The notes: generated by a model not told the origin, from the sequence alone. Shown: positions 14,501-29,616, numbered from the stretch's first letter. The stretch is 64,000 nucleotides of DNA from Tubiluchus corallicola (GCA_030141605.1 JAQGDQ010000562.1:75836-139835); one strand, 5' to 3'. Numbers and translations are program-made.

Positions 14501-17500
14501 TTAGTTTATTCAGCTAACAGTGCTAGTCACCAAATCAATCATTTGCTGTCAGTAATGGCAGTGTGACTCTAGGAAGTTAACAAACATGACATAGTAAAAA
14601 TTTATGTTACAAAACTTATAACACAACAAAACTTATGATGATCTACTTTAGCTAGTTGACTGCCAAACTATTCATATTCTAACTAAGCACATGAGCAATA
14701 TTGTAAAAAAAAGATGCTGACAATATTGCTACTGCTGACTGCTACCAAATAACATTGTCGGGGTGGAAAATTCTCATCACAAATGATACTCATCACAAGT
14801 GGTTAACATCAGTATCTTGTGTCATCTTAATAAAATACCCAGTTAATTATTACTCCCAGCACTTGAACTGCTGCACTTATTCAATGTCGCTCAGTTAAGA
14901 GTTATGTAAGACTGTGCAGTCTTATTATGCAACCATAAGCCTACAAAGTTGAACATTCACAGCAAAAATTGTCAAGTGTTGGGACCAAATACCCCTTAAA
15001 GAAGTGAGAAACTGTATCAATTTTTGGAAGAAACGCCATTTGCTTAGTTTGCAGTTGAAAATGGTGGACACATTACAGCACTTTCTGTAAGTTGTAGCTG
15101 ATTTGTTTATTCAAAACTTTTGTATCTTCGGACGTGTTAACATCAATGTAGAAAATTTCAAGCGACTTGGTGTTTTTTATGCTATGGCACATATCTAAAT
15201 ACTCAGTACAAACGCTAAATCTTGTACAACACAACAAGAGCAACCTGTCGCTTACCAGGTAGCTTATTTATGTCAAGGCTTAGCTGTCGTTTTTCATCGT
15301 AAGTCATTGCTTGTGCCTTGTGCTCATCATCACTATCAGCTTCTGTTGGTAATGGTGCTACAGCAGCTATTGTGGCAGCTACACCTGGTGTGGATTTAGA
15401 TGACTTAGGTCCACTTCTAGAATAAATACATTATCATCACAATCAATGAATAAATACGAAGTGTATAAAATTACCTCAAGTTTATGTAACTAAATACAAT
15501 AATATCTCGGTTTGCCGGACAAAGGCGGGAAGACGCCGGTCCAAATTTGCCGATTGTCCGTATTTATAGATACTAAGCTAATATGGTAGGTGCCGTGTAT
15601 TAGACTCGCGGTAATGTAGAATCAATCGTCTAATTGTCTCAAAAACGTCTAATGCAAAAGTATAAAAACTGTTGGCAAATGACTCAAATAGTTCCATATA
15701 AATGACTCTAAGTCACTTACACACACCAATTAAACATGGTGATATACAAGTTACACACGTGTCGTTACATGCTGCTTGAATGCAAACAAAGTAACGACCC
15801 GCCAACTAGCGGTCAGCTCGCGAAATAACAAGACTGTCCGTAGTATGCAGGACTTTTTAACGGTTGAGGTTTTGTCCGAATTTTCCGATATCCGTAAAAG
15901 CAAGGTCCGGCAAACCGAGATGTGAGTGTATAGTTAGGTTAAATAAGTGTTGAACTTTAAGATACATACAAACAGTTCTTGCTGTAATAAGTATTTAATA
16001 TATACAAAAAAGGTATGTATATAAAAAAAGGTAAATACATCACCAACATCACTTACCGTATATACTTATGTACAAGTCGAATTTTTGGAGGCGATTTTAA
16101 GGTGAAATTTTTGGGGTCGATTTATACTTACGATATGTTTTTGGGAGAGGACGCTAAAGGGTTGTCTACAATACCAATACGTAAATAATCCTTCATTATA
16201 CGCTGGACTCAGTGAACACTCATACTGTGATACTTCACATCAGAGAATGTTTGCATCTTGACTGTACTTCACAAAATTAACAAATATTACTGTAATTTAT
16301 TTTAATGTATGTGAAATTAAGCAAAAATTTATATATTATCGGTAAATAACCTATCGATGGAGCACTCGATTAGAACATGGAAATCGCCAATGTTGTGCAG
16401 GTGCTGCACCCTGTCGGCTTATGCGGGAAGTTTTACACTACCTTGTATATGCGTGATTATTGGCAAAATATCGATTACCAGCATACACGCGTATATAAAA
16501 TGATGTATTACGTGGCCATTGTTGACATCATTTACTCTGGAAGATCTTAATATTTTATGGTCGACTTGTGCGCTGGTAATGTATAAAATGATGCAATTTT
16601 TGGACTTAAAATGTACAGCGACTTTTACATAAGGCCAACTTGTACACACGTATATACGGTACTTCACTTAAGACAACAACTGCAATATAAAAAAACAAAA
16701 TTAAAAACAAAAACAGCACATACTTGCGCCCACCACTGGCACGACGTTTCCTTGCTTCCTGTGACTTTGGCACAGGTGTAGTAACTGGTCCCACAGTGGC
16801 AGGTGTTGTAGTAACAGTTTTCTTTCCCCTCCCGATAGATTTAACTGGTACCGTTGAAGCTACATCAACTTTAGACACAGGTACACCAGTCGTCGGTGCC
16901 AGTGCACTCGTCTTATCTGCACCTGTTTTACGTCCACGACCAACAGCTCTTGGTGGCTGCACTGTCTTGGGTACAGCACCTGTTTTCACTGGTGTGGGCG
17001 CGGGTTTAGCACGTGGAGGAACAGGTTCAGGAACCTGCAAATAAAAACATTCTCTGAGGAAGCTAAACCAGGAATTACTGTCATAATGCCAATAACATCA
17101 ATGCTTTTAATTCACGATTTAAAAAATACTTATTAGAAACACGGTAACCTGTAAACTAGTATAAACACGTTTTTCTCTTCATCTCTTACTGCAGCTGTTT
17201 TATGAAAGTGTACTGATTCTGTTTATCATTGTTTATATTGTGTATAATTTGTATATTTTGTTTTACCAATTCTGTATAAATTGTGACATTTAAATTGTTT
17301 TAAACTGTGTAATTGTGTAATTTCTAAATCAGATTACATGTCACGGTATTTTTATTTTTCCCAGTGTACAATATTCTTGTAATGTTTTTGTCTTTATTTT
17401 CTTTTGTGGACCACTTCGGAAATAACTAATAGTTTTGTAATTGTTGGTTAAAGTGTCATCCATGTTAAATAAACACTTAATAATAATAGTAATATATTAA

Positions 17501-20500
17501 AATTCTGCAAATGTACCAGTGCTACCATAATCTTTAAACAGACCTAAAATTATTAATAAAAAGCTCTGTTTAAAGTATACATGCTTTTATGAACATTCTC
17601 GGCATTTGGCTTACATTCAGCCTACTAAGGTAAAAATAATATTAAATATGAAAGCACACAGGGCAACTATCAACTGGTAAATGAAACTGTAATCTAGCAG
17701 ACCACAGCAAAATGTCAGCTTATAAATGAAATGGTACAAATAATTACAATACATTTCAAAACGCAAGAACACTAAGAATTTTTACCCCAGCAACGGCAGC
17801 ATTATTCTACACATTTATTATTATAAAAAGATTGTATCAGTATTTTACAGGAAGAAAAACCCTGCGGTACCACACTGTCAGAATAACAAACTGAAAACCT
17901 TTGCCACACTTACGGGTTCAACTTTGATTGGTTTCTCATCCTCTTCTTTCTTCTCTCTGTGTTTATGTCGCTTCTTCTTCTTTCCCCTCTTTAACGACTT
18001 TGATGCAGAAAGGACTGCTAGCTGCTCGTGTACGGCTTTTAGCTACAGCAAGAGTAAAATTAACAATGAATTACCAATAGACGTTGGTTTATAATGAATT
18101 TACAATACAAAAGCAATCAGAGAAAACTAAACACCTGTGCCTGCAGTTCTTGCAACCGTCGTTCACGTTCTGCCTCTGACTCCTCATCATCGCTTGCATC
18201 CGAAGAAGAAGATGATGCAAGGGAAGCATCCGATTCGGCTTTTACGTGGTCAGGTTCATCATTTTCAACTACTGGTTCATCGGGCATTTTTGCATATTTC
18301 ATTTCGAAAACATCCTACAGTCAAAAGAAATGTGTGAACTTTCTAAACTGGATAATAAATATGCTTTTCAATGTTCAAGAAATCTCCATAAGCCAATAAC
18401 AATTGGCAGCTTTTGTCGTGCTTCAGTATTTTATTTACAATGGGCAGCAGGTCGGTGGTTATTGATGCATGAGTTACCAGTCTATTTGCATCGTGTGTTT
18501 ACAGTGTGGTACACTCTAACAAATTTCATACAGCATCCTAACATACAAAAACTTTTGTGATATGATTTCAGTTTCTAGTAACTACTCTCATAGCAGTGCT
18601 ATACATGCACAGTAATACTGATCTCAACAACACTGTCCGTGATCATTTTTTCTATACTAAAAACTCTTTGAATGACATCATTTTGCATAACTGGTAGGAC
18701 GAAATGAAATGTATAGAGCATTGCAGATCACAAGCCAATAAATGAACCTGCTAACAACAATTATACCGTCTAGCCCTGAAATAAATGAAAATAAAAATGA
18801 TTGGGTTTGATGGCGAACACACCCTGCACTAATGAAGAAAATATGGCAGATGAAATCATCCTCAAGCATTTTATATGACAGTTCATTTGCTAACGAGGTT
18901 CACATACGCCTAAGTATGCCATATGCCGCAAGCCACTCATTTACCGTCATACGCTCGGTACTGCTGTAGTTGGTAAGCACGTGACAAAACCAATCAGGCA
19001 GCTTCCTCTTTCAAACTACCCATTTTATAAGCAAACACAAGCAATTAAAGTTACCAAAAACAATTTTTTTGATAACTTTGTTCAAGAAAGAGACATTTGT
19101 AATCAGTAATTCTCCAGGGTTTTTTAAGCAGTGGCACACTTGCTTTAAGAATATTTGCTAAGACACTTTATCTAATATATTATTACTTTCAGTTCTAGAA
19201 ATCAGAAAAGATATTTGGTGTTGTCTAAAGACAAAAAATACGTCAAAGGGCAAAAGATATGAGAAAAATGTTCTTAGTATGTGCTCTATGTTGGAAAGGT
19301 CACCGAATCTACAGTTTTTAGATAGCATGTTGAGAAAATTATCAACATACCTCAGTTTCAGTAGCTCGCCCGAAATGTTTTAGAGATGAAATAGAGTTTA
19401 CACTCAGATTACTTATACAGGTAGTCATTGACTCACAACCAATCCGCAATCCACTGTTCCACTTTATGACCCGACCAAAACTTAATTATTTAATTATACA
19501 AAACCAACTATAACACATATTTCCCTCTATTTTTTTAAACAATTAACTTTAAATCGTTATCTGTTTCGATCAATTCATCGCCGCCATATTTAGTGCGAGT
19601 ACACACACAACTTCTTGCGCGTAATGGCACATCGCTTTAATATAATGGACAGACTAGCGAGCAATTCCTCTTATGACCAATCATGCCGGAATGTACTGTG
19701 GTCGTAAGTCAATGACTACCTGCACTCAGAACCAAAAATCCTGAAGCATTTTAACTTTCAACAAAAAACACAGCATCTTCACAACTGGTTAAAATGCATC
19801 CACTCTTATCTTCCTAACAGCAGAAATCACAAACACTGCCACGACAGAAGCAAACAGTGAACGCACAATGTACATGAAATGAACTCACCTGTAATTTCCT
19901 AGCCATACCAACGACATCGTGATCAGGTGGATTGTACTTGTAGCAATTAGTGAAGATTATCCGTACGTGGGCGGCAAATTCTTCTGGTGAATGATATTCA
20001 CGATTTTCCATCTTTTGCTATAAAATCAGTCATTTAATATTTCATATGCAAGAAAAATAATAGTGAGTAATAAAAAGGAAAAAAATCTTTCAAGTCAGTA
20101 ATACACACAAAGACAGCCTATTTCCAAATCACACAGTACCAGTTTTGTAAAGACAATACACTGCAGATTTATTTACTTAACAAAGCCAAAGCTGTGAAAT
20201 CAATGTAAATAAGAAATGTTCCAAATAACAGATGTATAAAACTGCAATCAAAACCTACAAATAATAAACAAACTGTATACACTTATTAAAGGCCTAAATA
20301 ACCCCAACAGACATTGAAGATCTTTAAGCATTATTATGATTACGCAAAGGATTCATAGTTATTATTAAACAAAAAGAGACTTGTAAATTAAATAACTTAC
20401 GTGTTTTCTGGTAAATTTCGAATGCGTGCATTGCCGTAAAAATCACCATGTTCGCGTCTTTGATGCGAGTGAGCGAGAATGACGTATGAGGCAGACAAAG

Positions 20501-23500
20501 CGTCTTTGGTCACCGATGTTTATTTATTGATCTTCGGTGATCTCGTGACTACACTCATAATGTCACTCGTCCCGCGAAACAAAAAATTTGGCGGTTCTTC
20601 AAATTTAATACCACTAACGATGAAGTGATAAGAAATAAGTTTATAATACACTATGCATAATGAGAGTACGATTTTAAGTTGCAAAAGCTTATATTTTAGT
20701 GAGGGTTTAGTTTAACTTTAATGCAGCCCAACAGAGCAATAAACTTTGAAAATTCTTTGCCATATACTTGCATTTTGACCAGACCACAAGAAGCAAACAA
20801 AAAGACTTGTTAGAGAAAAATGGAATTAATGAAAGTGAGTTACCTTAATTGTACCGAGATCCATGGGCTGTTTGATGATGTCATGGTAGTCATGCAGTCC
20901 TAGTGACTCGGCATCAACTGGCTTATAAAATGGCCAAGCGTAAGTCTGAAATCAGGCAAGAACATGATATAAATACTACAGGTGAAAATTGTGTAACACT
21001 GATAGTAGCCATACCAATATGCACAAACATGTGTATAATATCTACGCAATGTAAAAATAATATATATGAGAAAGGAAAGTGAATTGGTTTCTGAGTTCTG
21101 CAAACATAAGAAACAACTGGGTCAACAATAGTGAAGAACCTACAAGTTGTAGAACACAACAATATACTCACAGCACAAAAAACAACTGAGTCAACAATAG
21201 TGAAGAATCTACAAGTTACAGAACACAACAATATATTCACAGCACAAGAAACAACTGAATCAACAATAGTGAAGAACCTACAGGTTACCGAACAAAGCAA
21301 TATATTCACAGCACAAGAAACAACTGAATCAACAATAGTGAAGAACCTACAAGTTACAGAACACAACAATATATTCACAGCACAAGAAACAACTGAATCA
21401 ACAACAGTGAAGAACCTACAAGTTACAGAACACAACAATATATTCACAGCACAAGAAACAACTGAGTCAACAATAGTGAAGAATCTACAAGTTACCGAAC
21501 AAAGCAATATATTCACAACACAAGAAACAACTGAGTCAACAATAGTGAAGAACCTACAAGTTACAGAACACAACAATATATTCACAGCACAAGAAACAAC
21601 TGAATCAACAATGGTGAAGAACCTACAAGTTACAGAACACAACAATATATTCACAGCACAAGAAACAACTGAATCAACAATAGTGAAGAACCTACAGGTT
21701 ACCGAACAAAGCAATATATTCACAGCACAAGAAACAACTGAATCAACAATAGTGAAGAACCTACAAGTTACAGAACACAACAATATATTCACAGCACAAG
21801 AAACAACTGAATCAACAACAGTGAAGAACCTACAAGTTACAGAACACAACAATATATTCACAGCACAAGAAACAACTGAATCAACAATAGTGAAGAACCT
21901 ACAAGTTACAGAACACAACAATATATTCACAGCACAAGAAACAACTGAATCAACAATAGTGAAGAACCTACAAGTTACAGAACACAACAATATATTCACA
22001 GCACAAGAAACAACTGAATCAACAATAGTGAAGAACCTACAAGTTACAGAACACAACAATATATTCACAGCACAAGAAACAACTGAATCAACAATAGTGA
22101 AGAACCTACAAGTTACAGAACACAACAATATATTCACAGCACAAGAAACAACTGAATCAACAATAGTGAAGAACCTACAGGTTACCGAACAAAGCAATAT
22201 ATTCACAGCACAAGAGACAACTGGATCAACAATAGTGAAGAACCTACAGATTACCGAACAAAGCAATATACTCACAGCATGCTTTTTTGCAAACAGTTCT
22301 TTTAAAACGTTATTGCAAAACTTTAACTGTTCAGTCAATTTCTTGCTTTTACTTTTGTCGACAGCCAGTGGTTGCTGAAAAACAAGACAAAGATTATTGC
22401 AAAGGTTGTAGACACACAATCAAGGATATATAACATAACTTAAATAATATAAAACATTTCTACGTGGAAATTTTGACTTGTAAGCTAAGAGAATGTAGCC
22501 AAGGCATGAAACAGCTAGGTCCACTTTAATTAAAACAAAGCTGCGATTAACTTGACAATGTTCATCTCACCTTAGTTTAATTAGATGAACTGCAAGGAAG
22601 CAAAACATCTTGCCCAACTAAGGTAGCTGACAAAGGATGAGGAAAAAACTACCAACACTGATGACGAACAAACCTGAGATTCAGCGACTTGTATCTGAGA
22701 ATCCGGCAAATCTTTAGGCGGTCGTTTGATTTCTCTGCCGCTACCCCGTCTGGTAGCCATTTTAGGAGCCGCAGGTGAAGAAAGTGATGGAGCGTATGGT
22801 GGATCAAACGGGTCGCTAGCTGTAATCGTTGAAGGTGTTGTTGTGTCAGCTTTCCTCTTTACCCCTTTTTTCGGCTGTAAAATGCAAAGGCAACCAAAAC
22901 GATAAAACCACCCTTATTTCTAGCTAACAAAAGTGCTGCTTACCTGTTTTATATTCGAGTAGAACTCAAACAATTTTTGTCAATATAAGCAATTTAAAGA
23001 AAGTAAAATATGGTAACATATGAATAGTGAATATATATATATATACATGTATAATATGTCTAAAACTCACACACATGTAAAGTGAATGATAACTTAGGTT
23101 TTTAGATACCATTCATTCGTGTCATTGCAGATGCACAAATATACAGAGGAAGCTTCCGTACAAGGCTCTTTTGTATGGACTAGTGATAAAAGAAAGTGTA
23201 AAAGTGACGTACTTAACATAAGCTGTGAATTGACATGCAATATAATGAATCTTTGCACTAAATATTACTGGACATTTATCATCTCATATTTTGACATGGA
23301 GATGGCACTATCTGAGAAACATACTATCAAACTTACAGACTGGCCTTCTCTTGCCATATTATTATAACAGAGTATAATAATATTACAGAGAATAATATAA
23401 TTATATTATACAGAGTGTAATTAGTAATTTAAAATCCTAAAAAATGGCAAAAGTTTGCACGACACAACACTTTAACTGTAGGAAACCTTCTTTTGAACAG

Positions 23501-26500
23501 TATTTCAATTTTTTCTTGCATTGAAGTCAAACACATTTGTGTAAGTAAGTAAAAACTGTTCACCATTTGCAGTCACAGTTGCAGTGCTGGGAGAGACAGA
23601 CAAATAGTCAAAAGCATGAAGAAGATCAACAAATTTTGATCACTGAAAAACGTTTTGATGCAGTAAAAATTATTATCACCAGCACTGCAAACTTTCCTGA
23701 GCAGCTGCTAGCAATGTAGAAATTTATCAATTGCTACGACGAATGCTGTCAATTTACTATGCATGAGTAAAAGCAATTTTTAATCAGAAGTAACCTACCT
23801 TGTAATGCATAAAAATGAGAAACATCTTTCTGCCGTGAAACTTTACATTTTAATGCAGCGATCAATTAATGAAAATTTTGATGTTCTTTGTCAATGCAAG
23901 AAGTTAAGAATAGACATTATCATGAGGAAGGCTTCATGATGTTGCAAACAAACAACAAAACCAGTATGGATCACAATCCTACAAGTAAGACTTCGTGTGC
24001 ATGTAATACGTGATGCGTATGGTATTACCAAAGCTCACTTTCTGTCAATTTTGGATGCTATTTGTGAAAACTGGAATTGATAACTCTTGGAAGTCATGAT
24101 TCTGTTTAAATTTCAGTGGGATGGTGATAGAGACATAATTATAGCAGTGGCATTAGGTCAACATTTTCCTATTAGATGGAAAAATTCAAAAGTACAGGTT
24201 TTGGTGCATAACATTTTGGAGGGGGAAGAGAACTATACACAATGTATCACCACTTAATAAAAAAACTGCAACTAGATGCAGAACAACATAATTGTTCCAC
24301 CTCTCAAATGGAGGAAAGATTACTGTGCAGGTCTTCAAATGACCAAAACTCATCTGACTAAGAAGACAATCAGGGAAAATGGTCACCATAAAGCGCATTT
24401 GAAAGTTAGCGATCACATTCAAATGAATACGGATCACGCATCATGGATTACCCATTATTACTCATACATGGAGTGCTACCTTTAGCCTGATCACTTATAA
24501 CTTCAATTTACAATCCTTTATCAATCAATTCAACATAAGTCTTTGCACATCTGATAAATAATCATTCAATTTTTGTAAAGTCTGTATCTTCACCCACCTT
24601 AGGAAGTGATGACGGAAGAGCTGATGGTTTTTGCTCTACAGTAGCTGCAGGAGCTGGAGGCGAGACTAGAGATGACGTTTTAGAAGCTGCAGACTTTGCA
24701 ATTCCTTGAGCTTTAGGTGAAATACTAGATGCGACTGAAGTCACCACTGTTGGCAGAGACGGTGTTGTTGTTTTAGGTGGAGCAGCAGGTTCTTGTGGTT
24801 CAGATTTACTAGCAGGAGCCGTAGATTTGACAGTAGATGCCGATGGAACCTGTATCAAAGTTTCAGACATGTCAAGACTAGAGTTTATACGTTCATTACC
24901 ATCCAGTTACTGCTAAGTTATGATCAGTAACGTTTAAACTTTATTTACTGAGCATATATCTAGCTATGGAAATTGCTACCTTATTGTTTATATTACTGTT
25001 AGAAATTATGCCTGAAATAATTTGTGAACACAACCTTACATAACAAATAAATCTTGGTAAATAAATCAAACAGTATGTCTGAACCGAGTGGAATAATATA
25101 TAAAAATATCCCATATATACATGTAATATTTAATATAATATATGCAACAGTGCAAGTACTTCTAACAACTATCCCTCAAAATGAGCTACTTCTTATTGAA
25201 ACTTCAAAAGTGCTGGATTTAAATTAAGCAGCAACACAACTACTTACACTTTTAAGAGGCTCAGCAAGAGGAATTAGCGTTGTCGTACTAGATACATTCG
25301 TAGTTTCTCGTAAACCACTTGGCATAAGAGGCGGTCGACCCTTTCCCTTCCCTCGTCCTTTTCCTGCTCCTCCTTTAGGTTGATCTGGCAACTCAATTTC
25401 GTTAGGTGGCATGGAACCAATTTTAGTTAGGAAAAGTTTCTCCAGTGCTTGGCCCATCAAAACAACATCCTAAAATTTTGCGACATACATCTAATGCATG
25501 CCAGTACATGGCAATGTAACTAGGGATGTTACCAAAACTGAAATTGCAAACTGAAACCGAAATTTACGAAACATAGGAAACCGATACCGAAATCATTTTT
25601 GCAAGATGAACTACTACCAAAACTGAAAAAAATCTGCAATAAAAAATACTCAGTTTTTGCACGTTTGCTTTTGTTTGCTCTGATACAAGTTTGATGAAAT
25701 ATCTAGGCAAAAAATCTTAACCAAAAACGTAGAACAGTGTTTATGCTTAAACATGTTTATGCTAAAGATCATGATGCTTAAAAAAATTGGCAATTTGTTT
25801 TTTGTAAATATTTTGTTGCCTATATTTCATTAATTATTGTTTAAACTTGGTTTCATTCAAATTACACTCTAATATTTCGGTTGATTGTGTCTGGAGACCT
25901 GAAAGCTTCACAGTCGTCAGCAAAGAAGATATGCTGCATTGCCGTAAAAAGCATGCTACAAATGGTGCAGAAAGTTAAATAAACGATATTTACGCTTTAT
26001 TTGAACTATTTTAGCCCAAATTTTTCAGCGATTTTTTAACAACTAGGAGGAAAAATAGGTAAGCTGGATAAATACTACAAAAATCTTGGAATCTAGCGAA
26101 AATTACGGAAAGTTTCGGCTACGAATATTAATAAATTCCGATGAAAATGAAACTGAACCGAAAGCTCAATTATCAGCAAACAAACGAACAAACAAACATT
26201 TTGGTAACATCCTTGAATGTAACCATTACTAGAGCATGTGTGATGTATGTTGATTGGCTGGACCACAAAATTCCAAATATAACGAATAAATAGTAAATAA
26301 TGTTAGGCACATTTTACTGTATGATAACCCTGCAGGACTACGGACGAGAAACCATTGCTTCCAGTTTTATTTCGTCATTACTGTCTTTGGGGATGGAATT
26401 TGTCAGCATTTATATAGACTTCCTGACTTTGCGTTAAGTAGCGTTCCGTAAGCATGCGCTGCTTTATACTAATTCAAACTTCAGCTTTAGCTATCTAATT

Positions 26501-29500
26501 TTTGTAAAAAATTATTCTACCTTTGACAGAAATTGATAGTGCCCTGCTTTTCTACAGCTGATGGATGACGTCATTAATGAAGAATGGGGTATTCAATATG
26601 GGAACTCCCAAGTGTGAAATGACCGCAACTTCAAACTGATTTTATTAATTATACGATGTGCTTATCACACTTTCATTACTAAGTAAATTCCAACATTTTT
26701 TCCAAACACTGAAATAAACCTAACTTTCCAGAAGGCTTGGCCTTTCCTTTAATACATGCCATGCTACTGAATGCAGATTCAAACTCGCAGATTGTTAAAC
26801 GACATAAAACACAGCAAACATAACACAATAGATATATTAATAAACTTTTGAATATCACCCAAGAGACGAGGGATCGACACCAACAATTTCATATGTTTAG
26901 AATTACACTCACCTCTCCTGGTTTATTATATACATAACAGTTGGTGAAAACAGTATTGAAGTCTTCTATGCATTCCTCAGCACTGTAATACCATTTATGT
27001 TCCAACCGTTTCTTTATTGTGCCTAAATCCATCGGATGTTTTATGATTTTGTGGTAATCCTGTAATCAAGAGCAATAATACACAATCAATTCATTAAAAA
27101 GCTCCTGCAATGCAAAACAAATGTTCAAATATTTGCAATGTTTTCGCACCGCATAAAAAATCAACAAACAATTACAAGTAACTTTTACAAAAACACGAAA
27201 GATGAAAAAATGGAAATCCTAATGTACGAAAAATAGGTGAAACGTGCAAAATTTCAGCAACACCACATCTTTTTGACCAGAAAAAAATTAAAACTGTAGC
27301 CTTACTAATTCCTGTTTTGCTAAGCCAACCACAAATAACCGAAAAAGCAGCTGTAACATCACACAGCAAAACACATTTTAGACAACAAAAGTCCAGAGAA
27401 AATTCAACAATTAAATATTTTTCTGACTCCTCTTTACAATTAGGCAGTTTTAGAATATAGAATGTCAGACTTTGAAGTGGATGAACCATAAAAGTGAATT
27501 CTCTTTACAACTAACTAACCATTGTAGGATGACACACACTTTTGAGAAAAGATAAGTTTTCTTTTGTTTGTTATCCCCTCCCTTGTTTATATTTATTCAT
27601 ACTGTTGTAAAAACACAACGAGAACGTATAAGAAAATTAACAAGTGGGTCGTGTCGTTATTTTCTGTCAAACAAAATCACTTTCCAGACTATTCAGAAAC
27701 AAGGAAAAGCAATTCCAGACATTGTTAAACTATTGTGAAAAGTAACAAATGCTACAAACATCTCATTGAGTATTTGAGTGCTTGAGTCCTTGCAGTGTGC
27801 TGGCTTGTATAAAAAACAAATTCCAGGAAAATGCGGTGTTAAGTGAATCACTGCTAAATAAAGCCGTACTTTCATAGGCAAGAACACATTTCTCTGACGG
27901 CAAACCAATATATGTCTAGCACTTTTAATGAGTTCTAATCCTAGTATATTTACAAAGATTTTTTTGCTAAACCTGAAAAGTAATTATTTAATGTACTATT
28001 AAGTGTTAAACAGCCGTCATTGCTATAAAGTACTGTCTTTGTCGTTTCTTAGGTATTTCATAGAGATCAAATCTGTAATATGAATGCAAATTATCATCTA
28101 CATTTGCTTTATGAAATATTTACTTTATCTATGTTTGTAAATGAAATTAAAGCCTTCCTTTCATTTCATGCCAAGGTTGAGGTCATGTTAATCACATTAG
28201 AAAAAGTAGGCTGCCGATAGTTGTGGGTCAATTGGTCCCTTCTTTCCATGAGCAATTACAACTTGTTGTTAGAAACTTAAAAATATGTACATTTGTGTGA
28301 AAAGCTTACCAGGCAACTATCAATTTGTTATTACATGTACTATCATAGTCAGGAAATTCAACTTTGTCATAATTATCTTTTCTGACAGAAAAAAAGTTCA
28401 ATGGCATATTAACACTGCTAGTGACTATTTAGGCATAATACTTATTGGGTAAATGGGCTGGCAAACGTCTAGCAACCAGAAGCATAAAATGTGGATATCA
28501 TTAAATAGTTTGACAATTGTTTCATTACAATTACTGCATTAGCATTTGAGAGTAACTGGTTTTTCTAGTATCGTTCTGTAAATATTAGCTCCTGTACTTG
28601 CAATCGTTTTGCTGCAGGTGGCACCACATATTTCCGTTAGTTATGAGTCATAGTGTGTCCTATACACATCGACCTTGCAATCGTTTTGCCGCGGGTGGCA
28701 CCACATATTTCCGTTAGTTATGAGTCATATGTCTTACCGTCGGCGGTGTTAGTAAAAATAATCTAATTTCATTATCAATGATTTAATACATTGTTACAAA
28801 ATTTTTGTCACTTTTGAAATTTCGTGTATAGTAGTTAGTTTTTCAAAATTTCATTCGTTTCGTTCCTGTATTATTGTAAGTAAGGAAAATTTTGCTCGTT
28901 TCGTCCATGTATCGTCTACCAAATACTGTCCCCATTATCACAGTATCATGGCTTTCATCTATCACCTTTAACTACACATTGACACACAAAATGTTTTTCA
29001 ACTGTGATGTTGACGAAGCATTCAGAACACCAAACTCAAACAAATGTCATCCATAAGGTAGCCATTTTGTATGGGATTTGACAACACAGCATGAACTCAA
29101 AACCCAAGCAAAAGCTGCCAACATTTCTAACACATTTCTCTGCACACCGCAAATTATTCTTGTTTTCATTATAGAAATTTATATTCGAATACTTTCTGCA
29201 TTTTAGCTTATTCTAGACTTTTGTTTTGTCAAGAACCACAAAATGGCTAAGGATTTACAGAGATTCTGATCAAATCTAATGATCTTGAATTGATTTGCAT
29301 TATAGTCAAACACCATTGTAATTCCCCCATTTATAACACCAACCTGGCTTAAAGGACAAGAAAAGGGGTACCTGAAGTAGTTTCAGAAAAATCGCCTTAA
29401 ATTATATTACTTTATAGCTATTTTTTTGCATATATCGTACTTGCGTTAAAAGGAATTTTATCGTTTTCATTTTAAATCTCCCGCAATACTCTTCCGACCG

Positions 29501-29575
29501 TGCCATTACATGACATCACCTACACTCAGGGGAAGAAAAGGGAATGTTAAGCTATGCCCAAAAAAATATTTCATG

Positions 29576-29616
<41 letters not shown>

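Noticed and set aside
14700-14800. Intronic C/D-box snoRNA (GTGATGA on the minus strand)
   Set aside because: No D box (CTGA) or terminal stem at a suitable distance; an Infernal/Rfam scan would be needed to exclude snoRNAs elsewhere.
16724-18560. Plus-strand ORFs at 16724-17044, 18094-18399, 18137-18337 and 18246-18560
   Set aside because: These are antisense shadows of BET exons.
20290-20717. Another TTAA-flanked element
   Set aside because: The terminal inverted match is too weak to support boundaries.
21131-22378. 415-aa plus-strand mucin-like ORF ([23 protein letters not shown])n
   Set aside because: It starts at GTG, has no signal peptide or promoter evidence, is antisense to the BET intron and exon, and is explained by a 69-bp unit lacking stops in one frame.
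20923-22419. 498-aa minus-strand ORF as an independent membrane-protein gene
   Set aside because: It is a BET exon plus intron readthrough across the repeat; it is treated only as a possible alternative-donor extension.
25330-25380. AT-hook in the BET linker ([10 protein letters not shown])
   Set aside because: It lacks the basic residues after GRP, and similar Gly/Lys/Arg stretches follow BD1 in other BET proteins.
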